The notes beneath the pieces are model-generated. The model saw only the letters and a list, made by a program, of their open reading frames with translations. It ran no database searches and was not told the DNA's origin. Both the position numbers and the translations under genes were made by a program. From Bugula neritina (Eukaryota > Animalia > Bryozoa), in the NCBI GenBank assembly GCA_964035545.1, contig OZ037766.1, positions 9,414,722 to 9,478,721 on the forward strand: a stretch of DNA of 64,000 nucleotides, in the 5' to 3' direction. Below are positions 21,674-33,860 of the stretch, piece by piece. How positions within the stretch are numbered: position 1 is the stretch's first letter; every line of letters starts with the position of its first letter.

Positions 21674-24600
21674 ATGGCTAGCCTTCCTCTTCGAGGGATG
21701 GAGGATGTGGTGACGTGTAGCATTTGCCAGGAGCTATACACAGATGCTAGAACTCTCACCTGTGAGCACTGCTTTTGTATGAAATGTCTCCTCTCCTACC
21801 AGACGTCCATAGTGATCAAACCATGCCCTATGTGTAGGGAAGAAACGGTGCCGGCAGCTAGGGAGCTACACAGGCTGCCCAGTAACAAGGCTGTCAACGA
21901 GATGGTGGGACTGATTGTTAGACATAGGAGTAAGCATTGTTCTTTTATCTAGTTGAGTTAATTTGTGTTTTAATTCACTACTTATAAATCAGAAAATGTA
22001 AAATTGATAATAATACAGTCTTAAGACCCTGGCTATGACCATCTAGTAAACTGATCCAAGCAAAAGATACACAAACACTTGAATTCTCTGCTTTAACAAA
22101 GTTACATGCACTGTGTTGATGCATCATGTTGAAACCAAGCTATTTATTCACCCCAGTACTATTCATAAAGTGAAATCCAAAAAATGAAAGCTTGTGATTT
22201 GTTAGATTCATATTTTTATAATGCACGAATGCCATCCTGTTTATTTCTAACTTTTCAGGTAACCAGACCGGAGACAAAACAACAGGTCAAGCTGCAGGTC
22301 AATCAGCAAGTAATGCAGCAGGTAATGCAGCAGGTCAAGCTGCAGGTCAACCAGCAAGTAATGCAGCAGGTAATGCAGCAGATAGTGCAGTAGATAACAC
22401 AGCAGGAAATGCAGCAGATAGTGCAGTAGATAACACAGTATAGATTATGCAGTAGGTAAAGCCAGCAAATATAAAAAATATGTCTGTAAATGTTGTAATT
22501 TTGGAATTCTTTTGATCTACCTTACTCTGATACCTGCTTATAATAACTCTATTGAAAAAATATGTTCCTGAATTGTTTTCACATGGATAATACATACTAT
22601 TGGAGTTGTGTTACCAACTAGTGGGTTGAAGTCTCAGGCACTGAACTGAAACTATAATAGTTCAATGGTCTCAGGAATAACTCATTCAACCAGCTTTTGT
22701 TGATTGACTAGGTTAAAAGTCATTATTAGAAAATTGCATAGTTGGGTGAGCATGGACATGAAATAATTGCCATAATATACATTACTATGCCATAGACTAT
22801 AGAGCAGGGCTGTCCAACAAGCAACCCCAGGGCCGGATGTGGCCCCCAGCCTACATTTATGTGGCCCTTAGATACATAACACATAAAATTATTTTCACAC
22901 TGTACTTATATAAATTAGTTAATGAAAAGCCACCTTTTAAGATGTCTTATTTATACACACGCTACTAAACATGTAGTCTGTAGTCATTATTTGGACTTTA
23001 TTGTGTAATGATTCATAAGAAGTTGGAATAAAGTAATTTGAAAAGACTGATGCTGTGGCCCCCAGCACAAACTAAAGTTGACAACGTGGCCCTCGCCACG
23101 AAATGTTCCTTTTTAGTGGCCCTCGCTCTGAAAAGGTTGGACACCCCTGCTATAGAGTATACATTACTATGCCATAGGGCATAGACTATAGAGTGAGGTA
23201 ACACCAAGTAACAGCTTTGAATACTTAGCAGATATGGGAATAAAACATTAGCATATAGGCTACATATAGTTAACTTTTCTGAGAAGTATATTTTATCATG
23301 TAAAATATATAATATGGTATAATCTACATCAAGGCCTATTGAAAATTAAAAAATGGCCATCAAGATGGCTCTTAATAAGTTATTCTAAAATTAAGAAAGG
23401 TATTTTTTACCCATTACAGGAAATTCAGGCACTAAAACGACTTTAAACAGTGCTAAGCAAGCATCTACTGGAGTGAGTCTGGCAGAGCTTCTTGCAGGCC
23501 GTAGAGCACCACGGACAGCAGACCCAGCGCCTGCTCCTTCAGGTAAACATGCCAGTTCTTGCTTTGCAGAAATTCTAGTGGTCATTGTTGTACCGTGTTA
23601 TAAGCTGCTCATCAATCTAAAGCTTGAACTTAATTTACCATTTCAGTGAAAACTTCTGCGAAAAATGTCCATTCTTTACCTGAACCAAGAAATCAATCAA
23701 TAGCTGAGATCACTCTAACAGAGTTGATAGAGCGTAGGGAGCAGCAACAGAGAGAAGCTAGAGCTGCTAGAGCAGCTAAAGCGGCAGCAGCAGCGCAATT
23801 AGAAGCAGCAGTAGAGTCTTTGGCTGAAGCTTTTGCTTTTATATCCAATGGTGAAATACTAGATTATGTTTATTCAATTTTAGATGAGCAGCTCTATTGT
23901 CTAAATGCTCCTACTGTAAATGTTACAAACTACATTTAACAATCTTGACATGCCCAAATTAGAAGGGCTTGTAGTGATTCAACTAAAACAATTAAATGAA
24001 GCCAATAAGTAGAGCAGGTCAAGTCGAAGTGAGTTCAACTCACGTTGTTTTGTATAAGAAAGTCCCCTCTAACTTTACCGCCTACAATCTAGATTATCAT
24101 CAGATAATCAGCTTCACTAAAAGTTGTTTGATAGTAAAGTTTAAGTTATAAAGTGTTTGTTATGTAGATGATAATAAAACAATGTCTTTAGATAGCAGAC
24201 CAGGGTCCGGAGCTGTACACAATGGTGTAACCTGTGATGAATGCTATGCTACAGATATCAGAGGAGTACGTTATAAGTGTGGGTAGGTTGAGTATGCCAA
24301 CTTGGTATGTTATAAATAAGAATATTTGTTGCACAGCTACCTATAACACATTTGGCAATTTTAAACTCAACTTAGCATATGAATTAAACTTTAAAGTATA
24401 AGTAATAAATGATATTGTTTCACAATTTGAAAGTTTTTAGCTTACGCCATGTTAGGTGGTAGCATTAATAATTGATCTCAATAATATATATAATTAATAA
24501 TCAATAAAGAAAACATTGATTGGTATGGCTTATTATTATCTACCTATCATATAATTTTCACATCAGAATACTGCAAAGATTTTATAAAATGATACTACAG

Positions 24601-25852
24601 TGTTTATAACAAAAGCAAGCTATTTTAATAACATTAGATTTGCTCAGCATTACCTTTCCATTCAACTATTTACTGTTTTCAAACACTTAGCACATATATT
24701 GATTAATACAAAGCAATTTCGGAACTTTTAACAAACTGCTCAATTTGTGTCTTTTACAGAATATGTGATGACTATGATTTGTGTGAGAAGTGTGAACAGA
24801 AGCCAAGACGGTTTGTTCATGATAAGACTCATATTTTCATCAAGCTAGATAGACGAGCCTCCCGAGGAGTTAGAGGACGTGTGCTTGATTTGGTAAATCT
24901 TTGCTCCCATTGTCATTTACTCCACAATACTTCATAATTTATTTACCTATATACATTTTTGAATTTCAACTTTAAAAGATGCAGAATATTTCAGTAAAAA
25001 TAACTCTTTTAAAGTAATTGTTTTTGGTTTTGTACCATGGAGTGCAGCTACATAACTCTTTAAAAAAATCAGGTGGCCTATGGAATCGGGCAGAAGATGA
25101 ACTTTGGCAGTAATGTGCAGACAATATCAGTTCCTCTAGGAATATTTAATGCAAGTGTGCAGGTACCTATAGATTGCGACAGATGTGGTAAGAAACCTAT
25201 CATTGGAACAAGATACAAGTGTGGGTAGGTTGATTAATAATTTTTATTCTTGAGCTTGAAAATAAAAATAGTGACTTTGATGTTTTCGTGAATAATGATT
25301 TAATACTTTAAACTGGTGTTTGCATTAGAAATCAAATAAACTTGGATTATTGATTTTTAACGACATATATGTATGCATGGGTTTCTCATTCTACGAGATA
25401 AAAAAATGATTAGTAAGGCGCATTATAAGGACCGGCAACCAGTATAAAAGTGGCAATTGGTGCTGACATAAGCATCTGACTTTCCAATAAATAAATGAAT
25501 TGCTTAAATAAACGGCTACTTTACATTAATAAAAAAAATTTTAGTCTATAAAAAGCAATGTTTACCAAACCCTACAGGGCATTCTGTTTTGTGACTCAAC
25601 ATATGTTTAAAAGTGGTTAGAATACAACTTAATGTTTTTAGTACACAAACTATATTTGTATTTATGTTATATGTAAATAATGGATCATATTCTTTATTTA
25701 CTCACAGAATGTGTGAAGGCTATGATCTATGTGGAGATTGTGAAAAACAGAAAAACTCTTTCCATCCATCCGATCATGTTTTTCTTGTTATCTATCACCC
25801 GTCTTCACAACTAGGGCAATGCAAGAGATTGATGAGGTGTGCTATGTACTAA
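21674..25852 (+). CDS. RING-linker-coiled coil-ZZ-ZZ protein, paralog 3. Exons 21674-21929, 22259-about 22369 (donor uncertain), 23420-23542, 23647-23850, 24168-24282, 24760-24892, 25073-25224, 25708-25852
   Basis: Canonical C3HC4 RING CSIC..CEHCFCMKC..CPMC; three symmetric phase-1 linker exons; ZZ1 CDEC..CGICDDYDLCEKC..HDKTH; ZZ2 CDRC..CGMCEGYDLCGDC..HPSDH; same ZZ intron positions as the other paralogs. Confidence 0.8.
22285..22456 (+). repeat. 12-bp coding minisatellite, consensus GGTAATGCAGCA, encoding (G/S/D)(N/Q/S)AA
   Basis: Units such as GGTCAAGCTGCA, AGTAATGCAGCA, GGTAATGCAGCA, GATAGTGCAGTA, GATAACACAGCA. Confidence 0.9.
22805..23149. mobile_element. hAT-family MITE (345 bp) in intron 2 of paralog 3
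   Basis: TIR CAGGGCTGTCCAAC / GTTGGACACCCCTG; exact 8-bp TSD CTATAGAG (22797-22804 and 23150-23157); subterminal GTGGCCC motifs. Confidence 0.92.
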
Positions 25853-26989
25853 CAAAGCTATTGCCTCCTCAAAGAAAAATAATTGAAAACTTAAAAAGAA
25901 TGGCTATTAAGTTTATTTTGTAACACAATATATTTTTGTTCACATCTTACATATATATCTATATATATAAATGCACATTTACAAATTAATAATTTTTACA
26001 GCAAAATAATTAGTATTATAGTTTTGAAAATTGGGTAAAATAATTATATGTAAGCTATATATAGTACAATTCAGTTTTATAAAACTATAACACTTGATAA
26101 AGTTATAATATAACATAAAATGATGTATAAAAACAATATTTTCAATAAAGTTTGAAAATATTTAAAAAAGTTCCTATAATATATACAACAGTAGCAGCAT
26201 GCATGTACATGCATTACATGTACTAATACGTTACTAATTACTACTATTCAATCACATAGGTTTTCACACTGCTATTATTATACGCACTGTGTGTGTTGTA
26301 GTTTTATGATTTAAAAGAAAAGAAAACAAAGTTTCATTAAAACAACCTTTTCATCTCTGTACTAAAACAACTTTCAATTGACTGTTCTGCACAATGAATT
26401 ACAACTTATTATACATAGTTCAAACTATGCTACAGTTCAATGGTTCTGCATATGAACTTTTTACTAACCGACATAAGCCATACACACATTTGGTTCACCC
26501 TGTACATTCTACGATAAAAGCTACAGATCTAACAAGGGCCTGGTGGAACCTACCCCAAGATAAACTCACAAAATAAAGGCTACTACACACTCAACCACAG
26601 GCTTAATAATACTCTTACTTCACACATTCAAACTGATGCTGCTCCCACATAAACTTCTAACCATCACATCCACTCATGAGTATCCCACCAGGTTTTCCAA
26701 ATTCAGCTTAGATATCCTTCAACAACTGGCACAGATCATCGGAGAGAGGGGATGGGGAGGCTGGTTTTAAATTTATGTGAATTGAGGAACTTCTCAATGG
26801 TAAAACCTATTTGTTGAATTAAAACTAAGTTTCTTTTATTGTTTAAGTAGTAGAATTTTGCTATTGCGCCATAGAGCAGGGTTATTATGCTTCTTCTGCT
26901 ATATGCAATTTTTCTATCTCTTGTGACTAAATATAACAACACATAACACACAACATATATCTACACTGACTAACTCTAACACTGGCTCT

Positions 26990-27130
26990 ATGGCAGAGAC
27001 AGATCTAGGCATGACAATTCCAACTAAGCCAGGCATCACACTTCAACATGCAACAGACTGCAAGAGTCGAGGTCAACTAAGAAGGTCTCAACGCAATCAA
27101 AAGCAGCCCTATATGTCCGAGTATGTGACA
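26990..27130 (+). mobile_element. Decayed LTR-retrotransposon integrase tail remnant (may extend upstream to about 26400)
   Basis: Translation LRRSQRNQKQPYMSEYV resembles the RRSxRxRxxPxxLxDYV end of Gypsy integrases; no intact domains. Confidence 0.4.
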
Positions 27131-29082
27131 TCTAATAATTCCATTCATATTTACCACCTGAAAAACTGTTTTAGTAAACTGTGTGAAAATAAATGGTTTA
27201 AATGTTGGTGTAAGTGTAAGCAGGAGAAAACAGCTATTTTGAACCTAAACACCGGTTTAAGAGGAAACCCAACGTATTCATTCAATGTCACCAACTATTG
27301 AATAATTGAAATTTCATCATCACTGATAGCACCATGCAAATAACTGCCAATATACAATGGCTTATTAGCCCTGATGTAAATAATGTATATATTATAAATA
27401 ATGTATATATTATATACATGTTGTAGTGTCTTGCTAGCAGTTAGAGTTTGGCTAACCGGGTCAATGTATTTGTTGTAGGTTTTATTCAGATACTAAAAAT
27501 TCAACTTTACAAGCATAAGATATTTTTATTATATTGTTTTTCTTTTACAGGTAAAAAAAATCACAGGGTTGTGTAAAATATCATCGACACGGAACCCATT
27601 TTGCTAACTTGGGAACTTTATATCAATCCTTGCAGTTTGAAAACAACACTATTCACACCACAATTACAAACCCCAGAACTAGCTAAGCCGATTATTCAAT
27701 AATTTATCAACTATTTAACTTTGTATAAGACAACTCCTAAATAGCTTGCCAGCACTGTGCATAGTTGCCTACTACCTTGAAACTACCAATAGTTGTATCT
27801 CAGTGTAACTACAAGATAACACTGAAACACTTGAAAGATATTATGGCACCACTACAACGTTTAATAAGGCTTATCTAATTGAATGTTGGTAGATATGTAT
27901 GCTGTTATCTTTTTTCACAGCCTCACATTATTTTGTTGAGTAAATAAGTCAATTGTGAAGCAGTGATCCAACTTAAAACTTTTTTAAAAAATTGAGAAGT
28001 GCATTTCCATAATGATTTTTCACGCCAAATAGGCAAGTAAGTGAAAATACATTCACTGATGACTGAAATTTTGTAACTGGTTACAGCTAACATAGAGAAA
28101 TATTCAGATAAGCGAAGTTTGCTGTGAATATAAATATATCTATAATCTATATGAACAGTAGCAGGCTTGCATCATACAATTGTACAATTTCCTAGAAATA
28201 TATAATTTCAATAGTTCCTAGTTCCAATTAAAGGATTGCTCAATCTTAGTTTATTACAATCACATTATAATTATGAACTATAATCTAATGTGTATGCAAA
28301 CAATTGTGGCTTTGCAAAGGGATATGTGCCTAGAAAACAGCTTTTCAAAATTCCAATTCTGAGGGAGGTAAAATTTTCAGCCATGAAAAAGAAGAGCCTA
28401 AAACGTGACGTGTGAACGCCAGTAACTATGCTGCACGTGCTAACTATAACGCTAGTATTCAAGGTTGCTGGGCGCAACATCAACCAATAACCCTCAAGCA
28501 GTTACAGTGCGCTATATAGGTCAGCTTTGGTGTGCCCGTAATATTGCATAATCTGACCTAGTTTAGATCGATCGCAGGCATTCATCCTAAAGAATGCATG
28601 TTTTTGCAAGGCTTTTTCTAATGCTTACAAGCAAAATATAGCCTAATGCTATCACATACATGTTATTTAAAATGTCAAAAAACTATAGGTTGAGATAATT
28701 CACATTTGCACTTCTATAAATATACAAATTACAAGCTAAAAGATTACATCTCACAGTCATATTTCTATAGTTATTCATTTGTATAGTCACGTGACCAGCA
28801 GGAATGCTGGCGCTGTTACGTCACATTTCCCAGCTCATTTCAAAATCGGCGTTTTGGCTGTTACCAATTTACACCCTCAACTTCAACTAACTTTTTCTAC
28901 CTTTGGTCAAATGCTTTTTGTCAATGCATGCTTAGAAAAACACAATATTATGTGTGTTTGACCTAAATGGCCATTTATTAGACAAGATAGAGCAATCCTT
29001 TAAATCTTTAATACCATAGCAGCAATGTCAATCGACAGTCGTAAGAAAATACATACAGAAAAAACTACAGGAAGAGCCAGTA

Positions 29083-32000
29083 CTAACCAGTGGCAGTGGA
29101 GCTGGGCATATAATTAGGGTCCAAGTAATTGTAATGTCCAGGAATATTAAATTTACTAGGAAGGTAGTCTTTATCATCAACTTTGTTAGCTGTGGCCGTG
29201 TGTTCTGGAATAATAGCAGCTTCTTTATATTCGTTTCCTCCAACAGCATCTTTGATAACAGCCATCTTGTGCTCTGGATGGTGACTAGCAAATGTAATGG
29301 TCTTACTAAAATCATAAATGCTAATCATCACCATATACAAGTAGACAAAAAGTGATTTAATTGGTTTATAAATTCTCACCGTAACTGCTTTAATCTTTGC
29401 GATAACGGGTTACTGGTTTATTAATATGCCAAGCATTGAGTGTTCAACACAAGTCTACTAACAAACTAATAAAATTCTGTCTTCTCTTTTGTGGAGAACA
29501 ACGGAAGCACAACTTCAATAACAAATATTGCTTAATCATAAGTCATGAAAACATAAAACCTAAACGGCAACAGAAATAGAATATCTGACTATACACACTG
29601 ACCTGTTGCATAAGCCACAGAAATCCACACTACTTTCCTGAGGACATTCTACACAGTGGTATCTCACGCCAACAATAGGTTCCTCACCGCAGCCATCACA
29701 CTGCACAAAGGAGAAAGTTGAAAGACCCACTAAAAGCTCTAATATTGGCTGTGATTTAATATTAGCACACTGAGTAACTTGAAAGGCTGTAACCAATACT
29801 AAGGCATAAGTTAGCGCTACACATTGCGATATCTCCTGTGCTATGAATACTTGTTGTAAGTAGCATAACATGTACACAAAACTAGTGAAACCCTAAAGTA
29901 GATTAGTGTCTATTAACAAACATCCAAATGAAATATATGAATTATTTACGCAGAAAAATCTAAATAGTTTGAAAATGTGACCCCATATCGATTGATACTA
30001 TATTACTTACCTTGTAGCCATAATGCTCAGCGCTACCTCCTAACTTGACTTGTCGAAGACTCTTTAAAGCCATCAACTCTTTATACTCAGCCGTCTCTTT
30101 GACACTGTTGGGGAGGTCAAGGTCACTGTCTGAGCCCTCTTCTGATTCGCTATCAACACTACTGTTGACTGACGACACGGTGTCAGCAACATTATCCTCA
30201 GGCATGTACACTGGTGGCACGTATGCCTGCAGGAATGTGGACGGCATACCGGGCTAAAGGAAATAATTGAAAAATATTGAAACTGCTCTGACTGGTTTGC
30301 TGCATTCCTAATTATACTTGATTCACATTTAATCATCATTGAAAACACTTAACTCATAGCTCGAATACTAATTCATTTATTCAATTATAGCTAATTTTAA
30401 TTCATAATTGATGTCTATTTCAATGAATAGCCTTCATTTAGATTCATCTTTAGGAGCCATGAGCAATTTTGGCAGTTTTGAAGTGTCCTGTTAAAACACA
30501 CATTGACAACAAAAGATCCATAACTATAAATCATATTTCTCATTTTTTACAGCACACATACATACTTTATGTTTGAGCTGATGTCTATTCTTGGACTTCC
30601 TCTTTATAGAAGAGTAATGAGGGACTCTACCGGGTACAGGCAGACCGCACTGAGCCAATCGGATAAAATACTTCTGAACTCGACTAGCAACCTAACATTA
30701 AGACATGTAAATTCGTTGAATAATGATTTTAGTAATTAATGAAATGAAACAGCTTTCTATGTCAAACTTAGATATTGGCAAGAAGATGACAAACTGAAAA
30801 AAATCAACACCTTTGCATTTTCATTGCAAAACAGTCAGCCTAACACATGAAATATATCAACTTAATAGACCCTTTTCCCTTGTTTTAGATACCCAATTTT
30901 CAATAAAGAGTTGTGCATAACACGACATTTCATCTGCTAACCACATTATTTAGAACAACTCTAACAACTGTATGAGGCTGCCCTTGTTTAAAAAGTGTAC
31001 TATTATGGTGGGCACAACTCTTAACTAAAACTTTAAAAGTAGAGACATGGAGAAAATAACATATTTCAGCTTGCATATTGGATATACAACAATCCTAGCA
31101 AGATAAGTAAAGAACCTGCTGCAAGGTTTTGGTTCCCAGTCTATCAGCAATTTTCCTATAGCGACGGGCTTCAATCCTTTCAGGAGGAAACTCTATGAGC
31201 AGCTCTTCCAGTTTCCGCTGCTCTTCGGTTGTCCACAGCTGATTGAAGGTCTCAGGCTTCTGTTCATCCTTCAGCCGACCTCTTACTAACATTTCATTCT
31301 CACCTAGTTCGGCGGACTTTACGCTAGTCTTCTGGATCCACTCTGAAAACATGTTCAGACATTTACCAATTACAATATTAAATGACACGACTTTGGTGTA
31401 TAAACAGTAGAGGCACATCATGCTGCTTTTAGATAATACTGTTTATGGTCATTCAGTTTCAGCAATTATGAATTTTAGCTAAAGAAATTCCAACATATTT
31501 CATTAAGTTAATTACAAAGTATATACACATACAATGCTACAACAATCTGTCAATGAAGAACTAAGATGATCTGTTAATTAAGAGTAGGCAAACTTCACAA
31601 ATGCTTTATATTACTGCCAAGGGTAGCTTTTCTGCTACATGAATCTATTTGAAACATGTTCTGTAAAGAGATTGCAACTCTAAAACTTGCTAGATTTGAT
31701 ATTTTAGATTTGAAATTTTAAAGACACTGTATATTATAGGAAACTTGGGAAGTTTACTTCAAATTTGTCTTCAGAAATATACTAAACTCTAAAGCAACAT
31801 TGCAGCTAATACAATAATTATTATTGAATTGACTTGAAAATAAAGCAGCGATAGAGCACCTTTAATGTTTCCACAAATTTTTAATTGCAAATCTGAAAAT
31901 ATAAATTATAGCAAATTGGTTAACTCATTTAGTAATTAGTATTCAAGATATCTAAACTTTAATTGAATGGGTATCTGCATGTTATATTATTCAAGCAAAC

Positions 32001-33482
32001 CTTGAGGAATAGGAACTTTTTTATTTCGTGTTGAGCGGGCACCATGAGCAACAGTGACATCACTTCCACTGTACGCATATTTACTCCAGTCTATCACAGG
32101 GACATCGGGAATCTTTGGTCGAGAAGGTATGTTTAAAGACTACAATGTTGAGGATTGTTGATGTAACGACAAGGTGGCAATAGGGATATAGGTGATCTCG
32201 CAACAGGTAGCTAGAAATAGTCTAAATCAAAAGCTTTGAATTTATCACAAATATTAAAGCTCTATTCTGTCAAAAATGTGCTGTTAATTTGAGCCTACCT
32301 TAGGATTTGATTGCAGTTTTTGAACAAACTCTGAAGGGTTTGCAAGTGCCACCTTCTTTATATCATGCAGTTTGTCTAAATCACTTAAAGCTTTGGACCG
32401 AATTGCCTCAAATTTAGCTATAGATGAAAGGACTAAATGGTAATCTTCATTTCCTAAAAACAATGCATAAACTGTGTTAACACCATAATGTCTGCTTATA
32501 TAAACTTTTGAAATGCTCAATTTAGTTGCCTGGACATGACATTGAGTGTGATTACATTGGCATTAAACTGCATGAAAATGAGAATAAAAATAGCCAACCT
32601 GCTAAGGTCCAAGAAACTTGCAGGCATATGATAAAATTATCAATAATACAAATAGTAGATACAGCTACACCGAAGCATTTTACCTCTTTTATGCATTGTC
32701 ATGTTATTGCCAATTTTCAGTAAATCTAAATTTTATTAAGCAGTAAAAATATTAATGTGCATCAACGGTCTTCTGATATAACACTTTCTCACATAAGAAA
32801 AAGTCTACCCAGCTTTGAGTACTGTAAAAGTATATTATACAGTATAGGTAAACAAATTTCTCGTTGAGAAGCCACTTTTTGTCAACATAATTCAAAAAAC
32901 TTATTTTTCTAATACAATGTAGAATTAGTAAATCACAAATTTCCTAATAATATAAAAATGCTTTAAAGGTTTGCAAGTGAATCCTAACAATATTGATAGC
33001 AATTAAAAATATAAAAGCATAAAAATCGAATAGCAAGGACACCAAGTTAGATGATAGGTTAGGTGTTTACTGTTTACAACTACAAAGTTTCATTTCAAAT
33101 CTAGTCCAGTAACTCACACTGTAACTGAACTAATATCTTCAACATTGTTCTATTAGTAATATTCAAATAGTAACAACAAGTATAACTATAATAATAACAG
33201 TTATGGTTACACCGTAAATAAAATATCAGCTTAGTGACAATCTGATAACATAAATATAAATTAAAATACTAGCAGTACTAAATAAATTGATGAATCAAAA
33301 TATTACTATTGCTATTAGCATTTATTACAGATAAAATCAAATCTACTAATATACGCAGCAAATGTAAAAATTAATAAGTACTAACTAATGTATTAAATTG
33401 ATAATTATAATAATAACTTACCTTTCAAAGCAAGCTGATCTGATTCAAGATTGAATGAGTAGGATGCGTCTAAATGAGCCAT
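29083..33482 (-). CDS. ZZZ3: ZZ-type zinc finger-containing protein 3 (ATAC complex subunit; SANT/Myb + ZZ), 423 aa. Exons 33482-33422, 32453-32299, 32139-32001, 31342-31116, 30691-30566, 30253-30011, 29700-29603, 29305-29083
   Basis: Recognisable motifs [74 protein letters not shown] and terminal YNYLDPNY; 1272 nt with consistent phases. Confidence 0.93.
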
Positions 33483-33587
33483 ATTAATTTTGCACGTAGT
33501 CTTACAGACTTCAGCACTCTAAAAGTAATCAGTAAGAATAAAAGTAAAACTAAATCATTTGATTAATGATTAATTTTAAATAATGAT

Positions 33588-33860
33588 TTTAGGTAAAAAT
33601 GGCACAGGTAATAATGGCGCAAATGGAAAAGTAGGTAAAAATAGTACACCGATGTTAAATTTTCCCACACCCCAAACTCGAATCCCCCACCCCAAAACCT
33701 TAAACCCTCAACCCAAATCCCTAACCCCACCCCAAACCCCAGTCTTGAAAATGTGCCATTTTTATCTAATTTTCCATTTGTGCCATCATTACCTGTGCCG
33801 TTATTACCTGTGCCGTTATTACCTGTGCCATTATTAACTGTGCCATTTTACCAAACACCT
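33588..33860. mobile_element. Foldback MITE-like element with 15-bp subrepeats, about 100 bp upstream of the ZZZ3 start codon
   Basis: GGTAAAAATGGCACAGGTAATAATGGC at the left is inverted with GCCATTATTAACTGTGCCATTTTACC at the right; tandem TTATTACCTGTGCCG; C-rich core. Exact ends and TSD unclear. Confidence 0.7.

Noticed and set aside
22184-22393. Gln-rich QQVMQQV ORF
   Set aside because: Wrong frame of the minisatellite exon; splice phase requires the GNAA frame.
22285-22456. CRISPR-like or other repeat-spacer array
   Set aside because: Contiguous 12-bp units without spacers in a eukaryotic exon; no such array was found anywhere in the window.
2642-25852. TRIM, MIB or p62 orthologs
   Set aside because: No B-box, SPRY, MIB/HERC2, ankyrin, PB1 or UBA exons were found between or after the RING and ZZ exons.
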